DNA of 61,613 bases, the filler included, from Streblomastix strix (lineage: Eukaryota), in NCBI GenBank assembly GCA_008636045.1. It is 4 parts of 4 records of this genome, joined end to end, with 100 filler letters (N's around TTAATTAATTAA, not from the genome) between each part and the next. Parts side by side here need not be neighbours in the genome. Positions count along the whole stretch, not along the records: positions 30,865 to 46,193 come from SNRW01001001.1; positions 46,294 to 61,613 come from SNRW01001002.1; 2 more parts are not named here. One strand, 5' to 3'. Within the stretch, counting starts at the first letter, position 1. Each line of letters begins with the position of its first letter. The position numbers were made by a program, and so were the translations under genes. This document shows positions 40,401 through 53,200 of this stretch, piece after piece. Under the pieces are notes generated by a model, which saw only the letters and a list, made by a program, of their open reading frames with translations, had not been told where the DNA came from and did not search any database.

Positions 40401-41959
40401 TATTAATTAAAAGAGGATTATTATGAAGATTATTATATAATTGGCGAAGTAACTCTTTATTACTGTATTAATCTTGGTGAAATGGATTATTATTATTCAG
40501 AAGATGAATGCGATGGTATTTAAGATATTGGAGGCTAAAATGTTGATTATTATTTTAATTGTTACTATTGTTATATTTATTATTGTATGTATTCATTTTA
40601 TTATTGATAATTCTTCTTTGTTGGCGAATAAGGATTATAAACTAATAATTAATCTTCTTTATCCATCTTTTGAATCTTGGTTTAATTAAATGCAAATCTT
40701 TATTATGAAGAAATTGTTGATTTTGGATTTGGAAATGGAATTATATTCTTCTTTAGCTATAATTAATTATAATTATCATTTTATATGATTTTAATAAATT
40801 CATTTGCATCTAAATGCAATAATAGAGTATCCTCATTCTCATTTAATTCATTCTAATACCCTAATTTATCTTATTATTAATATCTTTCGCTTATATTTAT
40901 ATTTTAAGATTATCTTTCTTTTTTTCTTATTCTTTCATCTTCCTTCTCACTTTACCTTATAATATATTGAAGAGCTAATTTATTCTTATTCTTCGCATTC
41001 TCAACTCGAAATCTAAGTTTAATAAGGTCTGATTCTATTTATTATTATTCTCCTTATAGTTTTTCATTTACTTTCTTTTATGAAACACTTATAGAACTTA
41101 TTCTTGCATTTGATAATTATTCTTTCTTATTTAATTCATTAATATCTGATATCATTTAAGCATTCTATTTTCTATATTATTTATATTTTAGCTATTATTC
41201 AGCTTATTTTGATCTAATTTTTTCTATTTTCTTTTTCATTTGTGTAGATTTATCAGCTCAACGTTTTAAAACTATTTCTAACGCTTTCATATAATCCATC
41301 CCACTGATGAAATCACTTCTTTCAATATCTTTTTCTAACTCTTCAGTATATTCTTCATCATCATCATCTTCATCACTTTCTTCATCATCATCATCATCTT
41401 CTTCTTCTTCTTCACTATAATCTTTATGATCATCTTTGGTTTATTTATCTCTGGTTTCATTTTCCTTATATTTAAAATATTCATATATTTTACTAATATT
41501 ATTGGTTTATATTTAAGTTTAATTATTATTATTATTATTATCTATATTATTTTTCTTCCTTTCACTATAATATGAATCATTCTATTTAACTTTCTTATCT
41601 TCATTGAGGAAGGACATTAGAATATTATAATCGGTTTTGTCTTCTGATGCAAGACGCTGTATTAATTATTCTATATCTTCTTCTTATTCTTCTTCATTTT
41701 ATTATAAATTTTTAGAAGGGATATCGTTTTATTTTTCAGATGTTTGACTTATTTAATTGTTAAATTTCATTCTTTTTTTGGGTTCATCACTTTCATTTGC
41801 CAAATAGAAATCATAATTCTTTGTAGTTTTTGAATTTCCGCTTTGAGACGCATGAGAAACTATTTCTATTCGATCAAATGATGTCTTATCATTGTCTATA
41901 TGTGCATCCAGTCTCAAAACATCCTGATTCTGATTTAATTTCTGAATTGGCTTTGCCAT
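34500..41959 (-). CDS. Very large hypothetical low-complexity/coiled-coil protein (~2,470 aa) with one 53-bp intron
   Basis: ATG at 41959 (MAKPIQKL). A GT-AG intron at 37949-38001 exactly accounts for the frame change. TGA at 34500-34502. Acidic, Q-rich and K-rich tracts with more globular C-terminal blocks. Not every codon was checked. Confidence 0.65.
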
Positions 41960-42309
41960 TCTAATAAAAATATAATAAAAATGAAAAATATTAATCAAAT
42001 ATGTGTTTTATATTTATTTTTCAATTAATTTTTTCGGGACAAATTAAATTCGCTTGCAATTTGTGTTTTTAACTTAAGTACCTTGTTAATCAGCAAAATA
42101 AAATGTATGTTATTTAACTTTAGTTAAATGTGATTGAATATATTAGATTAAGCCCAAAAAATTATTTGGCTATTTTAATATTTCTTATATAAAACGATTA
42201 TGATATTCTAATGAAAAAAGCGGATTATGGACCAATATTAGCAATTTATTATTATCATTGAAGAGTAAAAAATTAAATATAGCATATGATAAAGTGATTT
42301 TATTAATTT

Positions 42310-43028
42310 TAAATAAATTTATAAGCTAACAGTAAAGAAAATTTGTATCGAATTTTTCATTTTTTTTCCAAAACTCAGATTCAAACCATTTTATAAATTG
42401 ATTGGATTATTTCCAGTTCCAATCCTCTCTGCCCAATCCAATACCGCTCGATTTCCATAATTTGAAGATGTTTAAGGGTGATATTGTGAAATTGTAAACT
42501 AGATCTAAATATAAGATACTTCTTTTCTCTAATTCGCTAATAATTGCCCGTATGCTCAAGGTTATTTGCTTGGAAATTTTATTTTATTTGTCAAAATACT
42601 ACTTTACAAGCATATAATTATTTATGAAAACAATAATAAATATACTAATTCAGTAAAATATAAATTAATTAATTAGTTATATTAGATTTTCTTCCTCAAT
42701 TGTATCATTTTATTTCTGTTTATTCTTCCTGTTTTTTATATTCCTTTAATTTTTCTTGAGCAACGTTTTCCAATAAACTTTTAGTAAATTCTTATTCCTC
42801 AGCTTCTTTCTTTTATATATCATATTCTTCTTACTCACGTTTGATTCTTGCTAATTCTTATTCTTCAATTAATTTATCCATTAATTCTGTTGCTTTTTCA
42901 TTTGATTTTGATTTGGGAATTGTCTTACGATTATATTATCTTTTTGCACCTTTCTCTAATGTAATATGTTTAGTAGTTATGGATTCATTTGTATTTGTAT
43001 CGATGCATGTGGATTCTTGGTTTGTCAT
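42310..43028 (-). CDS. Small hypothetical protein (charged N-terminal part, probable intron; 3' end approximate)
   Basis: ATG at 43028 (MTNQESTCID...), an E/K/Q-rich stretch, then a second coding-like block (NYGNRAVLDWAERIGTG). Confidence 0.35.
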
Positions 43029-43081
43029 TTTGGTTACAGATAAAAAGTTCAAATAGTTTCTTAAAATAAATTTTATTTAAT

Positions 43082-43447
43082 TTATGGCATTATGGCATAT
43101 GGCAGCAACTTTTTATAGAATTTCTTGACCATGGACACTATGGCCACAATGGACATATGGACGAATCAATCAATTTATCCGCATCGCTAGCATATACATA
43201 CTAGTTACATTTCTTGACCATGGACACATGGACGAATTAATCAATTTATCCACATCATTTATCAATCTCATTAACAATTTCATTTATGGCATATGGCAGA
43301 TGGCAGACAAAATTTGTCAGCGTCTCTAGGATTTGTCTTGTCTTGTCTTTTGTCTTATATAGGTAATTCATATCATTTATCCACGTCACTAGCACATACA
43401 CACTAGTTACAAGACAGAAATTTGTCTCATCATTTTTTGGTCTGCCA
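43082..43447. repeat. Mosaic of short direct and inverted repeats (ATGGC/ATGGAC, TTGTC, 16-30-bp duplicated blocks)
   Basis: TTATGGCATATGGCAG x2, TTTCTTGACCATGGACAC x2, ATGGACGAATyAATCAATTTATCCrCATC x2, CTAGCAyATACAyACTAGTTACA x2, and TGGCAGAC / GTCTGCCA as an inverted pair. Confidence 0.8.
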
Positions 43448-43952
43448 TATTTTAATTATACAGATAATTCATTCAATTTCTACACACCATTTATCTTTTT
43501 CAATAATCCGCTTAATTGAACCAAATCATCTGTCCAATCACTTACTTTTAACATCATTTTCGTAATCAGCATATCAACATTGACTAAGATATCAACTTTC
43601 AAGTCAATCTGAAAACATTTATTTTTCACTATATATTTCAGTTTTTTATTAGCCTATATAATAAAAATAAAATAATTTAATGGACTACTGAAAACTCATC
43701 AATTTCTTCAATTTTTCATATAACTCTGATACATTAGCCTAAGGTCATATCGCACACGTAGATTCCAAAAATGATGGTTATAATCAATTCTGTAACTGTT
43801 CATCATCGTCAATTTCATCAATTAATGTATTTCAACAATCGACCTATTACTCGAAGACATTTATTCAATTTCATCAATAAAATTTGATTCGACAGACTAC
43901 CTTAATCATTATAAGATAGTACGTATTGTTCAAATCATTGATTTGGGCTATG

Positions 43953-44323
43953 AGTAGTGAATGAAAAAGAAGCCTGCCCAAAAATCGAAAATATGAAAAA
44001 ATTATCGCACACCGTAATCCAATTCATTAATCAAATAAGCAATCCATTTCAATATTCAAAACCATTGCTCCAATTATTTTCGCATTAATAAATTTATTCA
44101 TCAACAATAATTACCAATTCTTTTACAATAATAAAGTTATTCATCAAAGATAATTCATTTCTTTTACATTAGTAAAGTTATTCAGTTTTCTTAAATAATT
44201 TTAGAACAATCATATAAAATATTGGTTATTATTCATCTTTTTCATTAAAATATATCAATTTCCACCCCGAATAAGTTTTCTATATTTTTGATTTTAGGGC
44301 AGGCTTCTTTTTCATTCACTACT
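43953..44323. mobile_element. 371-bp element with ~45-bp TIRs beginning AGTAGT (Polinton/Maverick-type ends)
   Basis: AGTAGTGAATGAAAAAAGAAGCCTGCCCAAAAATC at 43953 matches the reverse complement of GATTTTAGGGCAGGCTTCTTTTTCATTCACTACT ending at 44323. No matching TSD. Confidence 0.65.
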
Positions 44324-46193
44324 AACATACTTCTCATTAATTTCAAATGAACTTTCAGTAATTATTGATTTCAATGCATCCATATTTGACATTCTAGATT
44401 CTCCAAAATACTTCATTTCGTTAACAATTGCCAACAACTTATTCTCAATAGCAGTGTTGAATTTACCTACAAAATCATCGATATCAGTGATATTATTTGA
44501 AGAGTAATCTGCAAGTAATTCGCATAGAACATTAGTGGATACATTCTTACCTATTCCTTATAATCCTTTAAGGATAATAGCTGTTTCAGTTTTCTTTCCA
44601 ATATTCTATACAATAAATGCAAACCAATTTAATATGTATTCATAAACTCGTTCATCATTCGCTGAGATTGTATCTTTCACTAATCCTAGGAATTGATCTA
44701 TTTTTATCTAAACCACTTCATCTAATTGCATATATTTGAATCCTTAGAATATGCTGAATATACCTTCATTGTTACTAGTGAATTTCATACCAATTTTCTC
44801 AAATAATGAATGATATTATTCTAATACGTCAATTGCAGTGATGTGCTTCTTTCCATCTTACCAAAGTCTTATTCAACGTAATTAATCATAGATTGCTGTC
44901 TTAGATTTATACTTTATAGTATTTTTTTCAGCGATGCAATCGAATTCTTTAATGATGAAGCACCATCCATTTTAGCAAGGAATAACTTTAATTATTTTCA
45001 GTAAATCTTATGCAACTAATTCTAATTTATTTTCATATTTTCCATTTAATGCTGTCCTAGATACATCTATTAATATGAACTGATCTTTTAGATCAATCTC
45101 ATGCTTCTCAATTTATTACACTGTATCAGATATTTTCTACTATTTTTTCACTTCATAATTCTGTTTCAGTAATGGTTTAATTGTCGATTCACAATAGTCT
45201 TTATTATGGTATCTTAGGATTTTTTATATGGATCCATGGATTAGGCTTACGTTCTCCACTAAATGCTGCTTATCCATAGTTCTTTTCAGCATTCGCAGTT
45301 AGCTTATTGAATTATCATATATTTTTCTTTCCTTCAGCTCTAATCTATTCATTTGTGATTCCATATAATCCTGAGAATACACTTAGAAGAGATACTTCCA
45401 TATTAATTGGTTAAGGATAGTTATGTATTTCAAGGTTCTTCAATCCATTTACACATGCTTATGCAATTTCATCATTCATCTTATCAATAATTCCTTCTTC
45501 TGTGATTTGCCAACCAAATTCTCTCATATTTACCTTGTCTACATAGTCTTTAAACGGTATTTCGATATCAACATTCCAGCTATCTATGATCTCTCTTAGA
45601 CTCGCTAAATGCGTCATATTAGCCCAATCATTAATAGCTTCATATTTAAATGTCTCTCTTTTATTATTTTTGTTTCTCGGAATGATGAGTTTGGACCTAC
45701 TACTCGATTTTATACAAGTTCTTTTTATTCCATTCCTCCATGTACCTTATACTTGAATATTTATCCAAATATATCAATCACAATATTATCTAATACAATA
45801 CATTTCACACATCGATTCGAAGGTAAGGTGAATCCATCTCTATTACAATAAGCATGCAATCCTCCATGTGCAGTTTTTACTAAACCTACATTAGCAGGAA
45901 ACATATTATCTATAATATTTTATCTAATTTTATCAGTCTCTTCAATTGATAATTTCTTATTAATTTGGAAATCAATCACGCATAAATCACCATCTTCAAC
46001 TAGTGTTAAATCAATTAATTTGCCTGTTACTTATTTTTTCTCACCTTCTTTTTGACCTATTTTAATATAATTTACTGTATTAATCATTGCATTCTTAACT
46101 CTTTCAATAATAGTTTTACTAACTATTTCTTGATTAAATTAATCAGCAATTGGTTGAATTGTATTTAGAAACTATTTTATTTCTGTTTATTCT
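44324..46193 (-). pseudogene. Primase-polymerase / SF3 (D5-like) helicase remnant of a Polinton-like or other virus-like element
   Basis: Prim-pol motifs LCVIDF and LVKTAHGGLHAYC. Walker A ILKGLQGIGKN (~44545-44575) and Walker B LAIVNE. Truncated at INEKYV by the TIR element. Disabling lesions are present. Confidence 0.8.
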
Positions 46194-46293
46194 NNNNNNN
46201 NNNNNNNNNNNNNNNNNNNNNNNNNNNNNNNNNNNNNTTAATTAATTAANNNNNNNNNNNNNNNNNNNNNNNNNNNNNNNNNNNNNNNNNNNN
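46194..46293. other. Artificial contig spacer
   Basis: N44-TTAATTAATTAA-N44. Confidence 0.95.
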
Positions 46294-46847
46294 ATATTCT
46301 ATATTAACAATAGTTTTATTACTTTTATAATATTTTCTTGTCATTTAATAACTCTTTGTTAAATTTACACCATTTTAATCATTTATCAGCATTTTGCTAA
46401 ATTTTAAATTGTGAATAAAATGAAAATATTACATAAATAATTTATATTGCAATAAATTGAAACAGGTTTTAAAACCTGAATTCTTCCTTACACGTATGTT
46501 AATATGTTGTAATTTATGTTCACTGAATATATATTAGACATATAATTTGCATTAATGACATTAATTTAACCAAAACAATTACTTTTGTTTAGTAAGACAA
46601 TTTATTCAATAAAAATATTTTTTTGAGTTATGCTAATTTGAAAAATCAATATAATTATTAAAAATATTATTAAAATTAATAAATTACTGCAAAATATTGC
46701 AATATTTCAGAATTTTTATTGAACAAACGATGCAATTCACATTCTATTTTTTGATAAATCCTTCCGATATTGCTAAACTAATTAACAGCTGCTTTAAATT
46801 TATTACTATTAACATTTATATTTTATTTTTATTTTTATTTTCAGAAA

Positions 46848-49800
46848 ATGGCGGACTAATTTAGCAGAGAGAATAATAACCAGGAAGTTCTTCGACAAAA
46901 ATTGGATGAAATTAACCGGAGAATCACACAACTTTAAGCTCAGCACGAGATTCAGTTGAGAAATTTGCAATTTCAGCAGAACTAGGAATTATAGCCGCTT
47001 TATGACCAATATGAAACCACACTTGAGTAAATAACAATGCTTCAGAATAATAAAAGCGATTAAGGCGCAGAGCAATAAGTTTTTCGATTGGATCAATAGA
47101 GTGCACTTTAACCTTAACAGAAATAATAGAATATATAATAATAACAAATTAAATAATAAAGCGTTGGAGAAAAAATTTGGAAATTATAATAAGCTTATGT
47201 TGATTTAACTAATGATAATAATTTGCCAAGATCTGTTTCAACCTCAAGAATTAATAAATCAATTAAAAGATAAAAAAATTCATAAAAATAGAGATCATAA
47301 TCTTCTGGTTAGATTAAGTAACAACTTTTATAATTGTTATTTTCTCCTTAATTGTTGGTGAATCCAATATAATCATCATAACGAACTCAATTACCAATAT
47401 AATAACAAATAAATATTAATAATAATTAATAATAATAGAAAATATAAATAAAACATCATTCATAATAACCAAAATCATAATAATGCCATTAGAGTTAAAA
47501 TAGCCCTTCTTCCATTAAATAATATTAAAGATCACTTTCATGTGTTGAAATTCCATTTAAGTAATTGGAAACAGTCAAAACCAATAATCAGGAAACTTTA
47601 CACAAAATTGTTGACTCAAAAAATAAGGTAATATGGTTATAAATTTATTAATTAATACTATTTATAAAGATTTTTATTAATTTTGTTTATTTCTTTTTAT
47701 AATTGTATAATATATTATATTCAATCAGACAATTCGACTATCTAGCCGTGATTTTGCAAATGTTGTATGTCAGAACTCATTAAATGTTATTATTGATGTT
47801 AGAAGCAAGGAATAATATAAAATATCTCACATCGTTGGAGCTTAAAGTGTTGATGTGCAATAATTACAAAGAGTTCATTAACCAGAAACATCCTTATAAT
47901 TATTTGAATAAGGTGATAATAACAATAAGTTGCTGGATTTGATATATAGGACTCGCGATAAACTAATTATTTATGGAGCTGAAGATATTGATGATAGAAA
48001 TTAGTTAGTAATAACACAGATCTTCAAACAGAATATTAAGAATCTATATCTATGCATCCTCATTGATAATTTCTCTGTTATTTAAGCTAATTATTCATTT
48101 TTGATACAACACAAAACTTACTAAGCAAAAGTTAAATAGGTATTGTAAGATATACCAAATGAAATTATTCCATCTCTTTATCTAGGCATGTTAAAAGGTA
48201 ATATTTTTATTGAAAAGATTCTCAACGAAATGAAAATTGATCATGTGATTAATTGCGCTTCTAATATTACTTATGAGAAGTTTGATTAATTTTATATATA
48301 TATTGTTATTTATTATATTTATTATTTTACTAATAAACAATTTTTATTTAAATCTTTTTTAATTCAATAATAATAGTAAACACATAACGTTTGATAATCT
48401 TAAAATGGCTGATAATGAAAGATGCTAAGCTCCACTTGAAGAAGCATTTGAAATTATTGACAATGCGCTGAGGTATCAATTATTAATTATTAATAATTTA
48501 TTATCATTAAATAATAAATAAAATATTGCTAGTTTTTTTTATAATTAAACATAATATTATATTTTATATTTATACTACTACAGATCAGGAAAACGAGTTT
48601 TTGTTAATTGCCAAATGGGTATAATGAGACTTATATATAAATTGTTATTATAAAAATTTTTTAAAATATAAAATATTTTTATTTTTTTATTCTTTAATCC
48701 AATTAATTTCAATATTTTACAGGAATTAGCAGATCTGCAACAATTGTTGCAGCATATTTAATTAGGACGTTTAAATTAAGAGCCATTGATGCATTATTTG
48801 TTATTAAGGCGTAAAGACCATGCATTGAGTTATGTATTAATGAAAATTTACTTAATAAACTTTTTTTTAAAGGTTATTTATATTTACAATTTTTTAAATT
48901 TTAATTTATTTTTGTAATTTTGTGTTTGCTATCGATATTTAGTCCAAATGATGGATTTTTATAACAGCTTTATAAATGGGAATTGGAAACATTTAATATT
49001 AATAATGAAAAAGAAAAAGAAAAAGAATTAAGTATTTAGTAAAATGATAAAACTGATACGAATATGAATAAGCTAAATGTATCAGACAATTAATCTGAAT
49101 ATATTTCTTCAATTTCCTAAATCTTATCATAAATGTCTTAATTGCAGTCATAATCATAATATTAAATAACTTCTTTTTCATCAATAAAATCAGAGCAAGT
49201 AATTGATAAACATTAGTAGCTCTCCAAGGATCAATAAAATTCAATAAACATTTCAATTTAACCGTAAAAACATAAATCATTGGCAAATTTTACTAATTTA
49301 AAAGAAGATAAATGTGTTTAAGACAATAATAAGAATTATTCTTAAAAATTAGCATAATAATCAAAATTGAGACAAAGCACATAAAATGATGATTAATAAG
49401 TAAATAAGAAAGAATTAGATTAAAGTTAATAATTGAATGAAAATAAATAATTAGATGAATTTGATGAAGAATAAATGCTGGACTATGCAATAAAACTATC
49501 ACAATAGGATGATGCAGTGCAATAATAGAATATATTGAAAAATTTCTAATAATAACCTATTCTTACATAACAAGAATAATAGAATGGTTTTATAGATGTT
49601 AATTTAGATAGTAATAGTAATGATAATGAAAATGACAATGAAGAGTTAATTATTGAACATCCAGTTTCTCCTCTCTTATTATAATCGTCATTTTAATACT
49701 TAGAACCATTGCGTTATTAATTCTAGAAACAACCATTAGAAAAAAAATCATATGAAAAATAATCATCAGAAAAATAATCATTAAAAACAGACTCATAATT

Positions 49801-49972
49801 AAATTCTGAGTTTGATGAATAAATAATCCAAATTTCAAAAGTTGTTTCCTTGTTTACTCAAATTCCAATAGATAATTATGAGCATGAATACAATAAGTTA
49901 TTCATCAGAATGAAACATGCAATGAATAAAGTGAATAAGGAAATGGATAAGTCTGAAAAATAAGAAAAATGA
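46848..49972 (+). CDS. Dual-specificity phosphatase with rhodanese-like domain (MAP-kinase-phosphatase architecture), multi-exon
   Basis: Rhodanese: IIDVRSKEQYKISHIVGA. DSP: PNEIIPSLYLG, HVINCA, VFVNCQM|GISRSATIVAAYL, RPCI..PNDGFLQQL. Q-rich termini. TGA at 49970-49972. Confidence 0.88.
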
Positions 49973-50202
49973 AGATTGAAATATTTTCATAATTTATATT
50001 TTTTTGATATATTTGTTGATAGCATGTTGCTTATTTAAGATATTGTTTTTTATTATTTTAATTTTGTGTTGAATGATAATAAATTAAATAAATAAATAAA
50101 TATAAATTGAAAAATATATTTCTTGCAAAAATATGATAATTTTAATTTTTGAATTAAATTGAAATGTTTAATTAATAATTTAAATAGTTAAATTGAATTA
50201 AA

Positions 50203-53200
50203 TCAAAAAATGTCAATTAATTCCTCATTTCTTCAGTAATGAAATCAGAACAACCAATCTAAAGTCCAGTTAACCCAGATAATGCTTAAACCCATTTCAG
50301 ACATTCATCTTCAGTTTTAGCAATAAAAGCAACTTCTTCTGCTTCATACAATTCTGAATCTGATTCTTCATCTTCCTATAATTACAATTATTGTTATTAT
50401 TTCTTTGACTATTTTATCTTATTTATACTTTTGAATGTAATTGAGAAAGGTCTTTCTTCATCTTTCTATTATTATGTATTCAATTAAGGCGGATGATTGT
50501 ATTTATTTGATAATGTTGCTCTAACTGGAGTGATTGGAAGATTAGAAAAGGAAATTCTTTTATGTGAAGTTATCTGACTTTGTGAATAAAGTGAGATATT
50601 ATCATCATTATTATTATTTCTCTATTATTAATTAGGAGTTGATTATATTTATTATTATTATATTGCTGGTGATGTTTATCTTCTCTATCGATTTAGACGT
50701 ATTGGAGTTTGCGAAGATGATTAAGATTATTATTATTAACTTTATTTAAATGCTGATGGATCAATAGTTCCAGATACTAAAGCAGTTGAAACCGTTTCAT
50801 TCATCTTATATATTCTTTATGGGGATATAATAGTTGTCATTCTAAGTGAAGGTTGAATGATTTAATTAGAAATTGAAGATATTACCGATTATTGTGTTTA
50901 TTTATAAGGCGATGATGTAAATGTAATTGTTGACTAACTTCGAATATTCTGTTTCTGGTTCTGATTATTAGTTGGTATTGTTGATCTAATTGGTGAATTT
51001 GATTAAGAAATAAATGTTTATTTCACTGGTGATTAAGATGATGACATTCTGAGTTAGGATTATTTGATTATTTATGATTCATTTAAATTATTATTATAAT
51101 TATTTGGTGTGGTAGCTTCATTGATTAATGAATAAGTTTCTTTATTATTTCTGTATCGAATGAATCTAATCATTTATTCATCCTTCAATTTTCTTTCCTA
51201 ATCCCATTATTATCTGAATAAATATGAATCTTATCCCAAAACAATCTTTATTGCTTCTGAAAGTAAGAAATGCTTATCTGGGAGTTTAGTTATTTTGTCC
51301 CCATATTCAAATGATTGATTATTTTATGTTCTTTGTGGACTGGATGTTAATAAAGATTATGATTGTGTTATGATCTGTAATTATTATTAATCTTTATCTT
51401 CATTATTATTATTTATTCTTCTAAATCCTTCTTCAATCTCATCTGTTTGAGGAAGTTTTGTTTATGAGAATGAATTATTTATTTGTGGGAACAGAATCTA
51501 AGGTTGTTATTTTGAATCTGACCAACATAAGAAAAGTTGTTCAGTAATTAGTCTTGGTATTTAATTATATTGTTGAGTTAATTGGATTATTTTATCTTTC
51601 ATCCAAGTATGTTCATCAAGAAGTAGAGATTCTTCTTATTGTATTTATTATTTGCAATTTTCAATATTCTTCATATTTTAGTCTAATTCTGTTATATTTT
51701 GTTGTATTTTGATTAATTTTTATTATTTGTTATACAATTCTTTTCTCAATGTACTTATTTCTGTTGTTTCATCAACTGAAACATTTTTATCTTATTCTTC
51801 TTCATTTTAATCGTTTTCTCTTATTTTACTTTCTTATTCTTATTCATATTCATTATCAATATAAGAACCATCCAACTCCTAAAACTGATATAATTATGAC
51901 TATTTCAGATTAGTCTTCATTGTTTCTGGATTAATTGAAACTGATTTCTGCTATCTTTCTTAGCTTCTCTTCATTATATCCGCTATTCTACTCTGATCTT
52001 TGTTATATTTCCCCTTTTATGCTGTTTCTATAATAAATATCCATCTTTTCTCTGCTTTTCCCTTTCGAGGGTATTTCATTACTTACATTGGCTGTTTTGT
52101 GTATTGCAATAAGTTCTGCACATTTTGAAGGTGTTTTCCGTATAAAATAATACTGTTGAGATCTTTGTTTATTTAGTTGTGATCAAATCTATGAATGTTT
52201 AATTATTGATTTAATTTTTATAGTGATTAATTTGAGTTGTTAAATTCTTTTCTCTTTTCAATTAATTCTAAATCTTTCAAATTTATTTGAGTGTCTTATT
52301 ATTTAATTTATTCAATAAGATTAAGTTTTTATTCTTTTTGTATTTGAAGGTTTATTAAATATTATTATTATTAATTTTAACTATCATTTGTTATTTATTA
52401 TATTTCTTACTCTTGAGTATATTAAGATTATTATAGTTTATTTGAATTAATATTATTATCTATTTGTAATTAATCAATTATTTATTTTTATGAATTATTT
52501 GATTATTTTGTTTCATTATGATTTGTTTTGTGAATTTTTTCATCTTCTTATGATTTATATATTATATTCAATTGTTATGACGATTAAGATAATTATTATT
52601 GAAAATTTTATTACTATTATTATTATTCAAATACTTATGATTAAATCTAATTATGAATATTTGAAAAATTGTTATCAAATTATTTTATATTATGTGATTA
52701 GTTTAATTAATATAATTCTTTTTCGATTTCTTACACATTCATTTTAGCATCTTTTTTCTATATATCTTCTTTTTACTAAGAATTTGTATATTTCGTTTAT
52801 ATTTCATTATTTTCAAATGAAATTATTTTATTTTTTTATTTAATTATTTGTTTATCCTACATTTATTAATCTTAATATTATTGTTGCTATTGTTGTTGTT
52901 ATTATTGTGATAATTATTATAATTATTATTGTTACTAATATCCTTAACTTTATTTTCTTATTAATTCTCTTTATCATTATCATTAAAATTCAACATCTAT
53001 TTATTATTATTAATTTTATTATTATATTTTATTATTTTATTCATATTTATATCTTTCTTGTTCTTTTTATTATTATTATTCTTTTTCTTACTTAATTATA
53101 TTATATTAATCATTATTTTTGTTCTAATAATTTTTGTTCTAATTATCTTTGTCTTAATAATAATTTAATTATTATGATTTATATTATTCATAATTTATTC

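Noticed and set aside
43082..43447. Possible CRISPR-like array
   Set aside because: There is no constant repeat with unique equal-length spacers, no cas genes, and the context is eukaryotic.
15333..46293. Palindromic TTAATTAATTAA recurring every ~15.43 kb
   Set aside because: It is always embedded in 44 N on each side. This is an assembly concatenation linker between size-sorted contigs, not biology.
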